The notes beneath the pieces are model-generated. The model was not told the origin of the DNA. It did no database searches and saw nothing but the letters and a program-made list of their open reading frames with translations. A stretch of 64,000 nt of DNA, taken from Hydrolagus affinis. Taxonomy: Eukaryota. The stretch is taken from positions 62,001-126,000 of the forward strand of contig JAAILG010000057.1 of assembly GCA_012026655.1 (NCBI GenBank), given 5' to 3'. A program made the position numbers and the translations under genes. Shown here piece by piece: positions 38,576 through 51,209 of the stretch. Within the stretch, counting starts at the first letter, position 1; every line of letters begins with the position of its first letter.

Positions 38576-39384
38576 ACTTTCCTTTTCATTTGTCAGTCCA
38601 CTTCATTATGCTAATGCCACTCTGCTTTCAGGAATGAAGCAAAGAGGTTAACCACCAAAGAGAATCCATAGAAATTTATACTTATTGAGACACGCAGTAC
38701 TTAATTATAGCCAAATGATGCTTGTTCAGGTAAACACTACCAGGGCACTATTTGAAAAGAGAAAGATATTTCTTCTGATATCCTGGCTAGCAATCCTCTA
38801 TATAAATTAATCATTCACAACATGGGTATTTACAATACAATGCAATACAAGTTACAATACAATTTGCACTTAAATAACGCTTTTCATTTTGGGAGAATGT
38901 CTCAAAGCACTCAGTACTGATTGATAAAATGAGTTCTTTCTTAAATACTATTATCATCCTAAAAGATTGCCAAATATCAGGTCTGGGAATACTTGGGCAA
39001 ATGTGAGTTTGAGACCATATAATGTAACTCTACATAGACCCTACCATTGGCTTCTATACTGCATGATACTTTAGAAAGTAACAACTCACAGTTTTAATTT
39101 GTGGTTGCAATAGAAATACTATTCGAGTTCTGGAGGCAGTCCCCTGCAGTTTGGTAACTTTAGAGCAATACATACAAGTATCAGTACCATTCTATCCATT
39201 ACAACTTTGTTTTGTTGAGGGTTAAGGTCTTGTCTGCACCTTTCCTCTTCATTGAATTACCTCAGACCAGCTCAGCATGCCTATTCTCACCCAGTTCTGC
39301 CTCAGGAGCTACCTATCCTCAAAGGATGATCCTTCCGTCCTCACAATGACCCCCAAAAGATTATTTAATAAAATAATTTGAATT

Positions 39385-39745
39385 GAAACAATGTCTTATC
39401 ACTTCATTGAGCGATATCAAAGTGCTTCACAGGATTTTACAATCAAGTGGATTCCCTGCATATTTGTAGGTGAATACGGTAGCCAATTTCCATGCAGCTC
39501 CGACCAATTTTAACTGGGGTTTATTTGCCAGGACACTAGGACAAACTTCTTTCTCCTCTTGAATGGTAATTCCATGGGATGTTTAACACCTGCAGATGGG
39601 ATTTGGATATTGCTTTTCATCTGAAGGACAGCCCCTCCATCAATGCAACACTGTACTTGAGTGTGAATTACAAGCATCAATGTGGGGCTTGAACTCACAA
39701 CCTTCCAGTTTGGAGGCGAGAGTGCAATTAAATGAACCAGGATGG
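39385..39745 (-). mobile_element. Old Deu-domain-type SINE, near full length
   Basis: tcaaagtgcttcacagg 3' region; ccatgggatgtttaacacctg..tcatctgaaggacagc Deu domain; head gtggggcttgaactcacaaccttc..gaggcgagagtgc. Confidence 0.75.
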
Positions 39746-40264
39746 CAAGATAATTTATCAACCTTGAAAGGGCTGAGAGGGCCCACTGAGATTCAAATAC
39801 AGAAATGTTCAGTTCCATGTCCCAATGCACAACTGACTGAGTTACCTGGAATATGCTTCTAACAATAAGTGCTTTTAATGTGTTTTGTTTAGCCCTCTGT
39901 AACTTCTGTAGTAAAAAGAAAGTTTGTACAGTATCATTGCAATTTTGTTTAAACTTGTCATATGTTTATTTTGGAAAGCAAACCAAAATCACAAGATTAT
40001 AAGTCACAATTACTTAATAATATTAATATTTTCAAACAATTTAATGGGGAGAAGTGTTACTAATTTCCATGCAAAGGCAAACCTTGTTATACTGTGGTCT
40101 CTGAGTGTAGTAGCACAGAGGATGTAGTACAAAATGAAGTACAATTAATATGGCTGACTCTGGATCCTCATATCAGCACAAGCATAATTTCCTGAGTGCT
40201 AAGGATGTGCACTCTGAGCGGGAAACCCCGTTGATATCGCTTCCTTCATAAACTGTTTCCTGCG

Positions 40265-40568
40265 AATAATAATAATAATAATCCTTGCATTTGATACAGC
40301 ACTTTTCACATCTTCTAGATGTCTCAAAGCACTTCACAGTATATAGTTTAAGTGAATTGTCTGTATATTTGTGGGCGAAAAGCAGCACTAATTGCGCACA
40401 GCAGTGTCCCACAAACAGTTGTGGATTGAAATGACCAATTTTTTCTTGAGCGATTATTATTAGGCATGTGGAGTAAAAAAACTTGCGCAAGGTTTTGGCC
40501 TGCCTGGAATTGAACTAGGTCTCTCGCTTGCAAGGCGAGTGCTCTAACCTCTGAGCTACAGGACTCCA
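40265..40568 (-). mobile_element. tRNA-derived SINE (main family), full length
   Basis: Tail to head ggcgagtgctctaacctctgagctacaggactcca. Confidence 0.96.
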
Positions 40569-41249
40569 TACATAGCACATAGCACAGAAGCACAATCTAA
40601 GGAAGTGTCCATAGATGTCTTGTGCATAGTACACATGTGTAACACACAAGCAGATAAACTTCCTTGCATAGCATAAATATGCATAAGACTTTGGAAGTGA
40701 TATCAGTGGTAATTTGATGCCCTGGAAATTAGCCATTTTTAGCACGGGAAGTCATCTAGTCAACGCTGGAAGTCAAGGTATTGTGCTTCTGAATAGAGCA
40801 AGTCTACAGTAGACTATATGTACGCGAGGCTGTCCTCAACCATATTGTAGGAAGAGCATTATACCTGTTTTCCCTTATATTTACCCTTCCTGCAAATATC
40901 TTCATCCTCCTTGGTTCAAATATGGTGGTTTTTCCTTTGTGACATGATCTCAGAGCCAAATTATGCCTTTGGACTCCTATGGTGGCAAAAATGTCATTGT
41001 AATATAATTTGCTTCATTCAGTTAATTGATTTAGTGCAACAGTACATGCATGTGAAAACAGTTAGAATGCAGGGTTTAACAAATGTCTCTTGCTAATGTG
41101 TATAACATCACCTCATATTATTGTACATAAAGTTAAATCCTAAATCCTAGTCACTATCTGAAAGTCCTAACTGGGGCTATTTTAAACATTTTCTATTTGA
41201 ATTCCCTGGACAACACACCAACACACCTTTTAGCCTTTTTAAAAGTAGT

Positions 41250-41370
41250 CTTCCTATAGTGATAAGGCAGGGCAGTGGGATGGAATGAACACATTGTTCT
41301 GAGAGCCTGTGGGGATTCAATGGGCCGAATGGCCTCAGTCCGAACTGTAAACGTCTATGGCTCCATGAAA
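41250..41370 (+). mobile_element. CR1 3' UTR fragment
   Basis: gatggaat..gagagcc..caatgggccgaatggcctc..ctgtaaacgtctatggctccatga, a typical CR1 terminal motif. Confidence 0.65.
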
Positions 41371-44300
41371 GGGACACAATTATATTCCCCAAATATTTGA
41401 CATTCCTTTGCTTGCCAAAGATTCAATTAATCACAGTGAGATTCATAGCAAATAGTGAAATCTCTCTTTCTGCTGCAAATAATGGTCTTCTAAAGCTGAT
41501 TATTCCTCATGAAGCTAGTATAAAGATTTTTAAATGTGCAATATTGGTCATGTGTAAGGCACCGATTGAGGTCCCAACAATTTGCAAACTAAATATATTG
41601 GCTTGTTGCCACACACTCCCTCTCTCCCCCCACCCTCCTCCCCCCACAGGGAATGGTATATGCCCATACATCCAGTTCACATAGCTATATTTTCAATTAC
41701 TGCATGAAAATTGAACTACTGTTATGTTATATTCAAATATTTGAAACAGAACTTTTCATCTTATCAATATGCTTGCCTATGTGGACACTTATGCACATCA
41801 CCAAGGTTAAGCCACTATGGATTTAAGCAGGACCCCAGTGGATCAATATGTCAAGGAATCAATATACACAGGTACCCTGGGGGTCATTTGAATTCCAGCA
41901 CAGAATACAAATAAATATCTTCAAATCTGGTCTGTTCCCTCAAGTACACATCTCAAAGTGGATGTTGAAAGGGGCAAGCATCTTACATCCTCCCACTCTT
42001 CCTCATCCTATGATTACTTAAAGGGATTTTCACAGGTATTTGAACCATGTGCCCCTGTTGGAATAGTCCACTAAATTCACTAAAGAACTCACACATCTGC
42101 CAGCTAGATGAATGAATACTGATAGGTGAATGAATACATAAATACAGATCATGCGGATGAGATATGTATGAAGCTGTACCCAAACAAGAAGAAGCCATAT
42201 GCCTTCTGGTGGGGATGAATCATATAGATTGCGACTTCTGTATAATTGTGTATGTAAAGGTAAAAATAACTTTAAAGATGATACATGTACATTCTTTAAC
42301 TAATGTCAGCAAGGCAATTCGATATATTTGAGTATGGAATATGTCAATGCTTCGTTCTTCCTTATTTAACTCTCCTTCCCTCCAAAGAGCTCCACTCAAA
42401 TTGATATTTTTATAACAACAAACTGAATGGAATTATGATTCAGTTACAGTTGCATTTGATTTACAAAGCTAAATGCATTTGAGATATCATGTGCCCATAT
42501 TCAATTATCTGGCTCCATTGGCTGCTACCAGCTCTTATCTGTGTTCTGAGACATGATGCTTGTGTTTGTTGAATATCCTGGCTTGCAGTTGCATATGATT
42601 TCTGTATATAACATGCACAAATCATTTCCTGATGCCCCAAAATAGAGAGAACCGTAAGAAGCATTAGCTTAAACAATATAAGATAAAATACAGTGTTTTT
42701 ATTGCCAGAATATTCTTTGAAAGGTATTCATTCCATTTTGTCAACTTTATGGAACAGAGTAATTGAAATTTGCATGCAACCTCATACCCTACCCTTTCAA
42801 ACTCTGAGCTATTGCTGACTCTGCACACACATCCGCAATTTTCTCACTGCAGGCAGAGATTTTACAAGATTCCTACTAAGTTGTATGTTAATGCTAAATC
42901 AGAATTTTCTGTGTGTTATGACATCCTCCTGCTACATGCCACTTACCCAAACTGTTATTTTTGCTTCATGCACCATCTATGTTTTCTGGATCCAACCGTG
43001 CATTAGAATAGAAGTGTCACTCTTTGTTACCTTAGTCACATTCTAATGGCAGAGAGGTTGTCGCTAGTCAGCTGGAAAGGAAATTAAAACCATAATTCCA
43101 GACATTGTTACAGAATTGAATTTCTCATGCCAAAAGACTGGCTTCATTGCCGCATCACTTAAATGATGCATTGAACAATGAAATATCTTTGTGTAATTGT
43201 GTATGTCTGTTTCTATGGTATTAAATACAGATTTATTGGTTAGAAATATATCACAATAAAATACATATTCCTGTTTTTATAATGTATTCGTATGTGAATA
43301 TATCTGCACGCACCCGATTGTATCTTCTGATGATGCCCCAGTGGAGATCAGGCACCTCAGCACATTCATTAAATCAAATTTGTGACCTTACAGCTTTTTT
43401 TGGCTTCATACCATAAGCAACCGTCACCTACAAGCCCACCAAAAAAACTTTATTTTTAACTGTATTGTATGTTATATATTTAAATATTGAGGGTTAATGA
43501 TTTTGATGCAGGATTCAATAGAGCGCCTTTCATGTCAGCAGGATGCCTCAATGCACTTCACAGGATCTGCTGCCAAGTGTAGTGACTGTGTGTGTTTGTA
43601 AGCGAACAGGTAATAAAGCCATCCTTATATCTGAGAAACCTGGGTTGAAAATCCTCCTGTCGTGAAAGGCGCTCTATAAATGTAATTTTGTTGTTGTTGT
43701 TGAAAATAGAGTAAAAAGCCTGCTACCAGAGATAATTTTGTAGAATTCTCGGCCATCCAATTAAATTTTTCTTGGAAGAGACGTTTTTGTTATTTCCAAA
43801 CTATTTAAAGGCAAAATTGGGTGAGATGGGACTATTTGCTGGTTAGGAATTGCAGAGAAGTAACTTGATATTTCTAATATACTATATTAATGCTCACTGG
43901 AGTCCCATTTGTAGTTTTCAAATTTTTGAAGAGGGAATCAGTCATGTAAATTTAGGTATGTCACGCTGACGACCCACTGGAACTCAGCTCGATGTGATCT
44001 GCTGAACAACAGAGTTCCTGCTAGTTGACAAGAATTCTAAGGGGATTTGTAAAATAGTGTGAATTAAACCCCATTAAACTGTATACGGTACATGTTCCTG
44101 TAATAGGCAACTAGTGATCACATCACTGGTTGCCAACTACAGGGAAATTTTTATTTTTGTGTATTTTTGCTGATGTTTGAGCATAAAACTGCAGTAAAGA
44201 ATACTAAATTTATGCTTTTTGAACTCTACATTTAATTGGAATTGTACTTTAATGGTTCACGTGTATGCCATTCAAATTAAACCAACCACATAGCTCGCTG

Positions 44301-46025
44301 GACACTGCAAGTCAACATTTAATGTAGCTGAGAGACATCCTCCTGTGTGTCCAATTTATGAAATATTTATACTTCTGAAAATTGTCACTTTATGCAGATT
44401 CAGAGTTGATCCTTGCAGTAACATAGAATGACTCAAGCCATTTGGTTGTTTTTCCGTTTGCATCAGTATCCTACATCTTTATAGAAGAACTGCTTTTAAG
44501 CATCATAAACATAAGAAAGTGGGTTAAAGGATCAAGGGGTTTAAGATCAATTTGTTATAAACTCTTTCATCATGTTCCGTAAAGCTTAGTACTTGAAGAT
44601 ATTGTAGGGAAATAATACATGATAATGCAGTTGGCATAAGATGGTCTTACATTGTGTAATCAATTGTGAAAACAAACGAGTATCTGAATAATGTAGTCAG
44701 AGATGTATAATTCAAAAGAGGCAAAAATCATGTATCTGTTGATGTTTTCAAGTGCATTCTTTCTGTATTGTTTTTCTCAGGTGTCTGACATGCAGCAAAA
44801 TCCCTTACCAAATCTCCAGTTCCAGCCCCTGGGGATTCATAGAAGCAGGGGTCTGTTTGTCAGTATTGCAGAGGGCAATTACTTCCTAGGGATATACTGT
44901 ACTTCACTTGTCCATGTCTGAAGAACACAGGTCGTGGGCTGTTATCAGCTTTTAACTCAACCATTGATATTACATTGTATCACATGATATATAATAAAAT
45001 GAGGTGAGGGGCTTATCCTCTGTTTGGTAATGTAACTCCATGCTTAGAACTGAGAGTGAATCAGTGGTAATGCAGTTCTTATGGTAATTAGTGCAACTCT
45101 GCACTTTCCACATTCAGATTAATCCAGTTTTCTCCATTTCAATTCCAATACTTGCTCTTGATCCAAAAATATATTCAAATCCTTTCTTCCAATGTATTGT
45201 CAAATCTTAACTCCATTACACAGTTCTGATTCACTCTCTAAATTGCTTTTCATAACAGACCGTCCAATCCTTTCCCTGAATTGAGATATACATTTCAGCT
45301 TCTCTCTTATCTCTATTCTGAGTCTCTTTTCAGGCCCCAGTTTCTGGCATTTTTGATTCTGTAATTCTGGCTCCCTTTTAACTCTTGAAGTGCTGAGGAA
45401 AAATCCACTTGTCCAGGCATGATTGAATGAGCATAGACTCCTTACATTCTTCATGGTTTTAACAGTTCATCTGAAGAGACAGTAATACTGCCGATTTACG
45501 ATGTGGCCTTCAATATCTCAGCTTTTCATTATGTAGGAAACCTGCATTTTAATGCAGTTCTTTTATTCTAATGTTCTTTTATTCACAAGCTAGTTCTTTT
45601 ACTCTAAAGAATTTTATTCATAGGCTTTCTCTGGATGTCATTCCAGGTCTTATACTGAGAATTATAGAAATGTACATCGCACTATTTCCAGAAAAAATTC
45701 AGATTAATGTTGTAGAAGAGAAACAGTGGGTTTAGATGAAAAATTGTGATCTTGATGTGATAATTATCATTCATGATATTGTCAATTTGTTAGAGTTTGC
45801 TCCCTCAAAATTTTATCAAAATGGTTGGGTCTGAAGCCACTTGACTCTATTGGAGAGGCAGCCATTAGACTTGCCACTCAGATAATGGCATTTAAGTGCA
45901 GGTTTACACAATACAGTCTTAACTATTAAAGTTGAGGGTTATTAACTTTAATCTTCTTTCAAGTTGACTGACATAAGGTAATCCTTTGTCTCTTGCAGAG
46001 AATAAAGATTAAGGATTTCATCTAG

Positions 46026-46392
46026 AATAATAATAATAATCCTTGAATTTGATATCGTGTTTTATCATATCATTGAGATGTCTCAAAGCACTTCACCAAA
46101 TATACTGTAAAGTGAATTGCCTGTATATTTTGAGGTCAAAACAAGGCAACCAATTGCCAACAGCAGTATCCCACAAACAGCCATGGATTAAATGAGCCCA
46201 CTTTTTTCCCCGGAATTATTACCCACAGAAAGCGATCCGCCAATCCACTAATGATCAGATTCCTACTTATTGCTGGTAAACAGCAGCATGTGGAGTTAGG
46301 AATCTTGCCTAAGTTTTCGCCCTGCCCAGGAATTGAACCCAGGTTCTGTTGTTTGTGAGGCAATTGCTGCACCCATACGCTGCATGACTCAA
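46026..46392 (-). mobile_element. tRNA-derived SINE, long variant, full length (decayed head)
   Basis: Standard tail and 3' region plus the extra block (aaagcgatccgccaatccactaa..cctacttattgctggtaaacag) shared with 28002-28360. Confidence 0.9.
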
Positions 46393-46715
46393 CAATCTAT
46401 ATTGCTTCTTTTTAGGCTTCCAACAATTCAGGAATGAAACAGAATGAACGTTTTCTGAAAATGTACCATGATCACTTCCCATCTTGTGCATGCAGTATGT
46501 TCATTTCTTGTGATACTGATGTAAATTTGCAGCAGAACACACATCTGCACACTGACACACAATATATCAGTGTCAAGATACATTTTGGTTTACTATTCCC
46601 CCGGTTTGGCAAAATATTATAAAGGATAATTTTTGTGCTTGTTAATTCTGTGTGAGGTTTTAAATGAGGTGCAAATGACATTTTAATGTATTCTGGTTTT
46701 CCTTTTTAAAAAAAA

Positions 46716-46960
46716 ATGGAGAATTTCCAGCAGAAGTGTGAGTAAGCCTTCAAACAGAAGGAAGGCTCAATTTAGCGAACAGGATTTAGAGTTCCTCATG
46801 GCTGAAGTCATGAGACGCAAAGCCAGGATATTTGATGTAGAAACCAGAATGCAAAAAGCAAAGTGTGGGGGGGGAAAAAAAGTCTGGGGAGAGGTAGTCA
46901 CACATTGAAATGAAATATAGAGGGAGGCAAAAGAAAGCCACACACAATGCGGTGTTTTGA
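46716..46960 (+). pseudogene. Myb/SANT-like (Harbinger ORF2 / MSANTD-NAIF1-type) DNA-binding domain fossil
   Basis: Frame 46741 reads SKPSNRRKAQFSEQDLEFLMAEVMRRKARIFDVETRMQKAK..KKVWGEVV..*..TQC (cf. RK.NFSE.ELE.L..EV..R..LF..K..W.EIA..R..QC). Stops present. Confidence 0.75.
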
Positions 46961-47029
46961 AGCAGTAAGGTTCAAGGTGAATTGGCTTGAATTGATTATT
47001 AGCTGCTGCAGACTGATGAGAGGAAATAT

Positions 47030-47800
47030 TCCCTCTGGAATCTTCAGCATTCAGTTTTATTCCAGAACCACTGCATCCGCTGAACCACATTAGACCATTG
47101 GACTAACTATCCAGTGTGTATACTTAACTGTGACATCAATCTAGTATTGCAGCACCACAATTGTGAAAGACTATTAGTTCCACAAAAATCTGCCTTTCAG
47201 CTGCAAACAAAAAACCCTTTCTTCAAAAAACTCGTAACAGTTCATCAGCCTCTGCCATTTGTGAAAGAGACTGGCTTTCATTACACTGAAAGAGCCATCA
47301 TCTTGCCTCCTGCCTATTCCTGAAATAGAAACAACTCACGTTTAGATGGTGCCTTCCACGTGGAATAACGTGTCAGAGCACTTTATAAAGCAATTATAAA
47401 CAGCAGATATTAAGTTGATGCTTTATAATAACAACAACTACTTGCATTTATATTGTGCCCGTCATCCTGGACGGCATCTCGGAGCAATTATATCTGACTG
47501 ATTGGCATCTTGTATTGGTGATGATATTCTCCTTGTGTAAACCTGCCTAATCCTGATTTGGCAAATGCCCTGATGCAGATCAGGGTCATTGGCGCATACT
47601 TCGGTGTTGATTTTCTTCTTATGGAAACCATCTGATTATTCCTGAATTGGCAAGAATGCTCCTATGATCACAGCTGCACCTTCACCTTCACACAACGGCA
47701 TCTTTCCGAGAGAGGAAGAGGTGCTTATTCTCAGCATGGGTACAATTGACAGAATCCAAGACAGCGGCAAAACACATGGGTTTCTTCAGGGATGTTTGGG
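47030..47800 (-). pseudogene. PIF/Harbinger transposase fossil, convergent with the Myb-like ORF; interrupted by an L2 tail (about 47430-47485)
   Basis: Collinear minus-strand motifs AVLDSVNCTHA (47733-47765; cf. GVIGAIDCTHV), SCDHRSILANSGI (cf. GS.HD..IL.NSG), RYN, and EERVFCLQLKGRF (47184-47225; cf. IER.FG.LKGRF). Confidence 0.65.
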
Positions 47801-48549
47801 GATTTAAGTAGCAAGATCCACTTGAACTGAGTAGCATTGACTCAAAGGATGTTATTTAATGGTTATTTTTGTCTGAGTGAATTTCTCGGCTCTATTTGAG
47901 CGCATAAGTATTCTTCACTCTCATGGAAAAGGTAGTTAATCTTCAGTCGGTTTGAGATGTTTCTTTCATGTGAAAGTTGTTATACAAAGAAAATATGTTG
48001 CTGTGTAATAAAGATGGCCTCATTAAAATCCACCACTGAAGCTAAGTCCTCATACAAGAGAAGATATAACTCTAAATGATTAGCTCTGTGTATATTTCAT
48101 GCTACGTGTTTGTTTCTGGGAAGTTCCTGGGATTCATTGAATATCATGAAAAGCTTCAACCTTTTTGTTGGAAAGTCTTATTGACTTTGTAAAAAATTTA
48201 ACTGGTTGGGGAATAAATGTACAACCCTTGAAAAAAAAAGCAATCTGGTTGATGGGATCTGATTTAACACTTGGTGGAAAGGAACATATGTGTGTTATGT
48301 AAATTTTTTGGTAAACACTATTTGTGTTTTATATGTTTTTGGCATCAAACAATAAAAGAAAATGAGTGGCACAGAGTTTTACTGCTTTTATTTGTGGTGT
48401 TTGTAGGTGTACAAACATCCCCTCCCCTGCCCCCCTTCCCCCAGTTGTGTAGGAATGGTAGTAGCAAACGGGCATCTTAACCTAAACCTCAGTTATTCAT
48501 CTAGAAGGATGGGTGATTAAGAGCCACTAAGTAAGGAAGAAACTTGCAA

Positions 48550-48760
48550 TTTTATAGCACTCTTATTAAATTGAAATTCCTTAAAGCATTTTGAATGTAA
48601 CTGGGTAAGTGTAGTGACCTTGTTTGGTAAGCAGCATAGTCCACAAACAGCTGTGAAACACATGACCAATTAATCATGAGGATTGTTGGCCAGGACACAG
48701 GCAGAAACTCCCCTCTCTTTTCAAACAGCATCATGAGATCTTTGTTGCATACATTTATAT
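48550..48760 (-). mobile_element. Old Deu-type SINE 3'/central fragment
   Basis: tccacaaacagc..tgaccaattaatc..gattgttggccaggacacaggcagaaactcccctctcttttcaaacagcatcatgagatcttt. Confidence 0.65.
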
Positions 48761-48807
48761 ATGCCATAAATATGACAATATTTGTCATACATTTTCTAAT
48801 GTATGTC

Positions 48808-48978
48808 GTGGAGCTCCTGTGGCTTAGTGGTTAGAGCACTTGTCTTGCAAGCTGGGGAGACCAAGCTGGGGCGACCTGTGTTCAAATCCAGGCAGGTCAG
48901 GGCGAAACCCAAGTGCTTTGGGACGTCGATAAGATGTGAAAAGTACTATATCAAATGCAAGGATTATTATTATTATTA
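48808..48978 (+). mobile_element. tRNA-derived SINE, duplicated-spacer variant with central deletion
   Basis: gtggagctcctgtggcttagtggttagagcacttgtcttgc(aagctggggagacc)(aagctggggcgacc)tgtgttcaaatcc..gaaacc fused directly to aagtgctttgggacg..ggattattatt. Confidence 0.93.
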
Positions 48979-48979
48979 C

Positions 48980-49617
48980 AATATTGTAATAGGTTCTGTA
49001 TTTTCCAGATACATTTGTAGGCAGGATTTCCTTGTGCTCATTTATACGGCTTAAACCTTATTCAAAACAACTGCAAGATAATATAATAAAAAGGAAATAG
49101 CATTGGGTAATGGAGGTAAAATAATGTATATGTTGGTTGTTTATAAACAACAAGGACCTTTAAGGTCACTTGAAAGCAGACAGACGGGTCCTTTGTTTAA
49201 TACCTCATCTGAAAGCTGACAATGCAGTATGATCAAAGTGATGCATTTCAGTCAATGTCATGACAGCCGTGTCTGTTACTAATTATTAAATGGATTCTGA
49301 AACCTCTTGAAACTCAGTACATAAATTATCATTTGTTTGTCTGGACTAAAGCTACATCTGGCATGCAGAAAAGCCAGCAAATGACAATGGGCTGATTAAC
49401 ACACTGGAAGGATGCAACCTCCTCCTTGTTTTTCTTTCCATGGTCACAGCTGTTGGAAATATTGTAATGTATCCTGTATTGTCCAGGCGGGATTTTCTTG
49501 TGCTCATTTATATGGCTTAAGCTTCATTAAAACCGACTTCAAGATAATACAATTAAAAGGAAATAGCTTGTGTAATGGAAGTAAAATAATGCATATGCTG
49601 GTTGTTCATAAACAGCA
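48980..49617 (+). repeat. Diverged direct duplication, about 160-170 bp x2 (48980-49152 and 49458-49617)
   Basis: Both copies read aatattgtaat..ctgtatt.tccag..ggattt.cttgtgctcatttata.ggcttaa..caagataata..aaaaggaaatagc..gtaatgga.gtaaaataatg.atatg.tggttgtt.ataaaca. Confidence 0.9.
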
Positions 49618-49805
49618 TGCCGCAGAATAAAGTATTAATTCAATTTAAGTTATGAATTGCCACAGGCATAAAGGTAAAGCACAAATTGTAGGTAACTCAA
49701 ATGCAAGGTCCAAAAAACGATCTAGAGAATGTAGCTTCATTCCCATAAGAGATAACAAATGTAACACAGCTCGTTTATATTAGTCTTCAGTATATTGTGA
49801 GTTTA

Positions 49806-49896
49806 TAATAATAAAAGTAATCCTCGCATTTGATATAGCACCATATCAAATCATTGAGATATCTCAAAGTGCTTCACAGAATATACTGTAAAGTGG
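49806..49896 (-). mobile_element. SINE 3' fragment
   Basis: aatcctcgcatttgatatagcacc..tctcaaagtgcttcacagaatatactgtaaagtg. Confidence 0.88.
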
Positions 49897-49989
49897 GTTG
49901 TCTGTTGTGTTTTGATGTGGATACAATGTCGACCCACAGTATAAGGAAGTCTTAATACCTTCCGTCCTCCAATATCAACTGGTTTCAAA

Positions 49990-50190
49990 CACACGTAGGT
50001 ACGGAGGCCTCCTGGCATCACTGATGGCTCCAGCAATTGCTGGAAATGCTCATGCTTACATTGTGAGGATTCACAAAGTGAGGCTTACTGATGTTAGTGT
50101 TGAAGATATCCCAGATGTGCTGACTGGTAGCTGCACTACAGTATGACCCTTTGTAACGTAGAGTCTGTTTATTGACCTGAACCACCACGA
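49990..50190 (-). pseudogene. PIF/Harbinger transposase fossil
   Basis: AFPAIAGAISDA (50049-50014; cf. GFP.V.GAIDG), preceded by GSY..GIS segments (cf. ATGSY..GIS). Frameshifted. Confidence 0.5.
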
Positions 50191-51209
50191 TAAAACTCGG
50201 TCCAATTGTACATAATAATTAAAATATGAAAGCAGTCAATATCTGCGCATGAGCCCTCCACCCTCACTACACACACACATACATACACACACAAACTTAA
50301 TTCTGATTGGATGAAGTCCATGAGCCATTACTAATGTACTGCATGCACTGTGGCTGTAACATTAGTAATTGCAGAAAACTTCCAGTGGCTTTGGACCAAA
50401 CCATTATGTTAAAGTCGTGTGGTCAAGTTAATAATTAAGTGAAGGTGGTCAGATCTTCACTTTATTATTGTCTGGTATATAATTTTTGCTCCTCCCCAAC
50501 TGCTGAAAGTGTATGAAAGTGTGTCTTACCAGATCATAGCCAATGTTGAAAACAATTATCATAGACGTGAGCTCAATTCCATTTCTTTGGAACTCTAATC
50601 CGCAAGGATTACACAAACTGTGAGCTCATGAAACTTTGTTAGGATAATAAACCACGAAAGAACCATTGATTCTATTGATCAATTTTTTTATGCTATCTCC
50701 CATAAATTCTAGATAAAACACTAAGCAGCAGATATAACTGTGCTTTATGTGTACCATTATGTATACTACGAATGGGCCTTACAATTTCATAGAAATACAT
50801 GTTAGCAATGTTACCAAGCTGAAATGTGTTGCTAAAAGATCAGGTGATGTACAATCCATTCATATTTTAAAGGTTAGATGTTATCTGGAAATGTGACCGA
50901 GGAGGGTTGAAATGTAACATTTATTTATGTTTTGTCCATTTTTGAGGTAGTAGTAGGTAAATGGAGAAGAGGTCCCTTAGGAAGAGTACAAACAACAGCC
51001 AAATGAAAACTAGGCTGGAATAGATATTTAGCTGGAATCATGAGAGAGAAGGAAAGCAGATCTTAAGAAGGTTGACGGAGAGAAGGCTTTGGAAATGCTA
51101 TAGTTACTGGGAAAAGCTCAACAAGGTTGTAAATGCATTCTTTGTTTCCATTATTACTTTATTCCCATTTGATTCTGTTTCCTGGGCCAAACTGTAATGA
51201 AAAGCTGGT

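Noticed and set aside
44781-44930. Strong plus-strand acceptor (ttgtttttctcag|G) suggesting an exon
   Set aside because: All three frames stop before a credible donor, and the segment weakly resembles decayed L2 RT (LSAFNSTID downstream).
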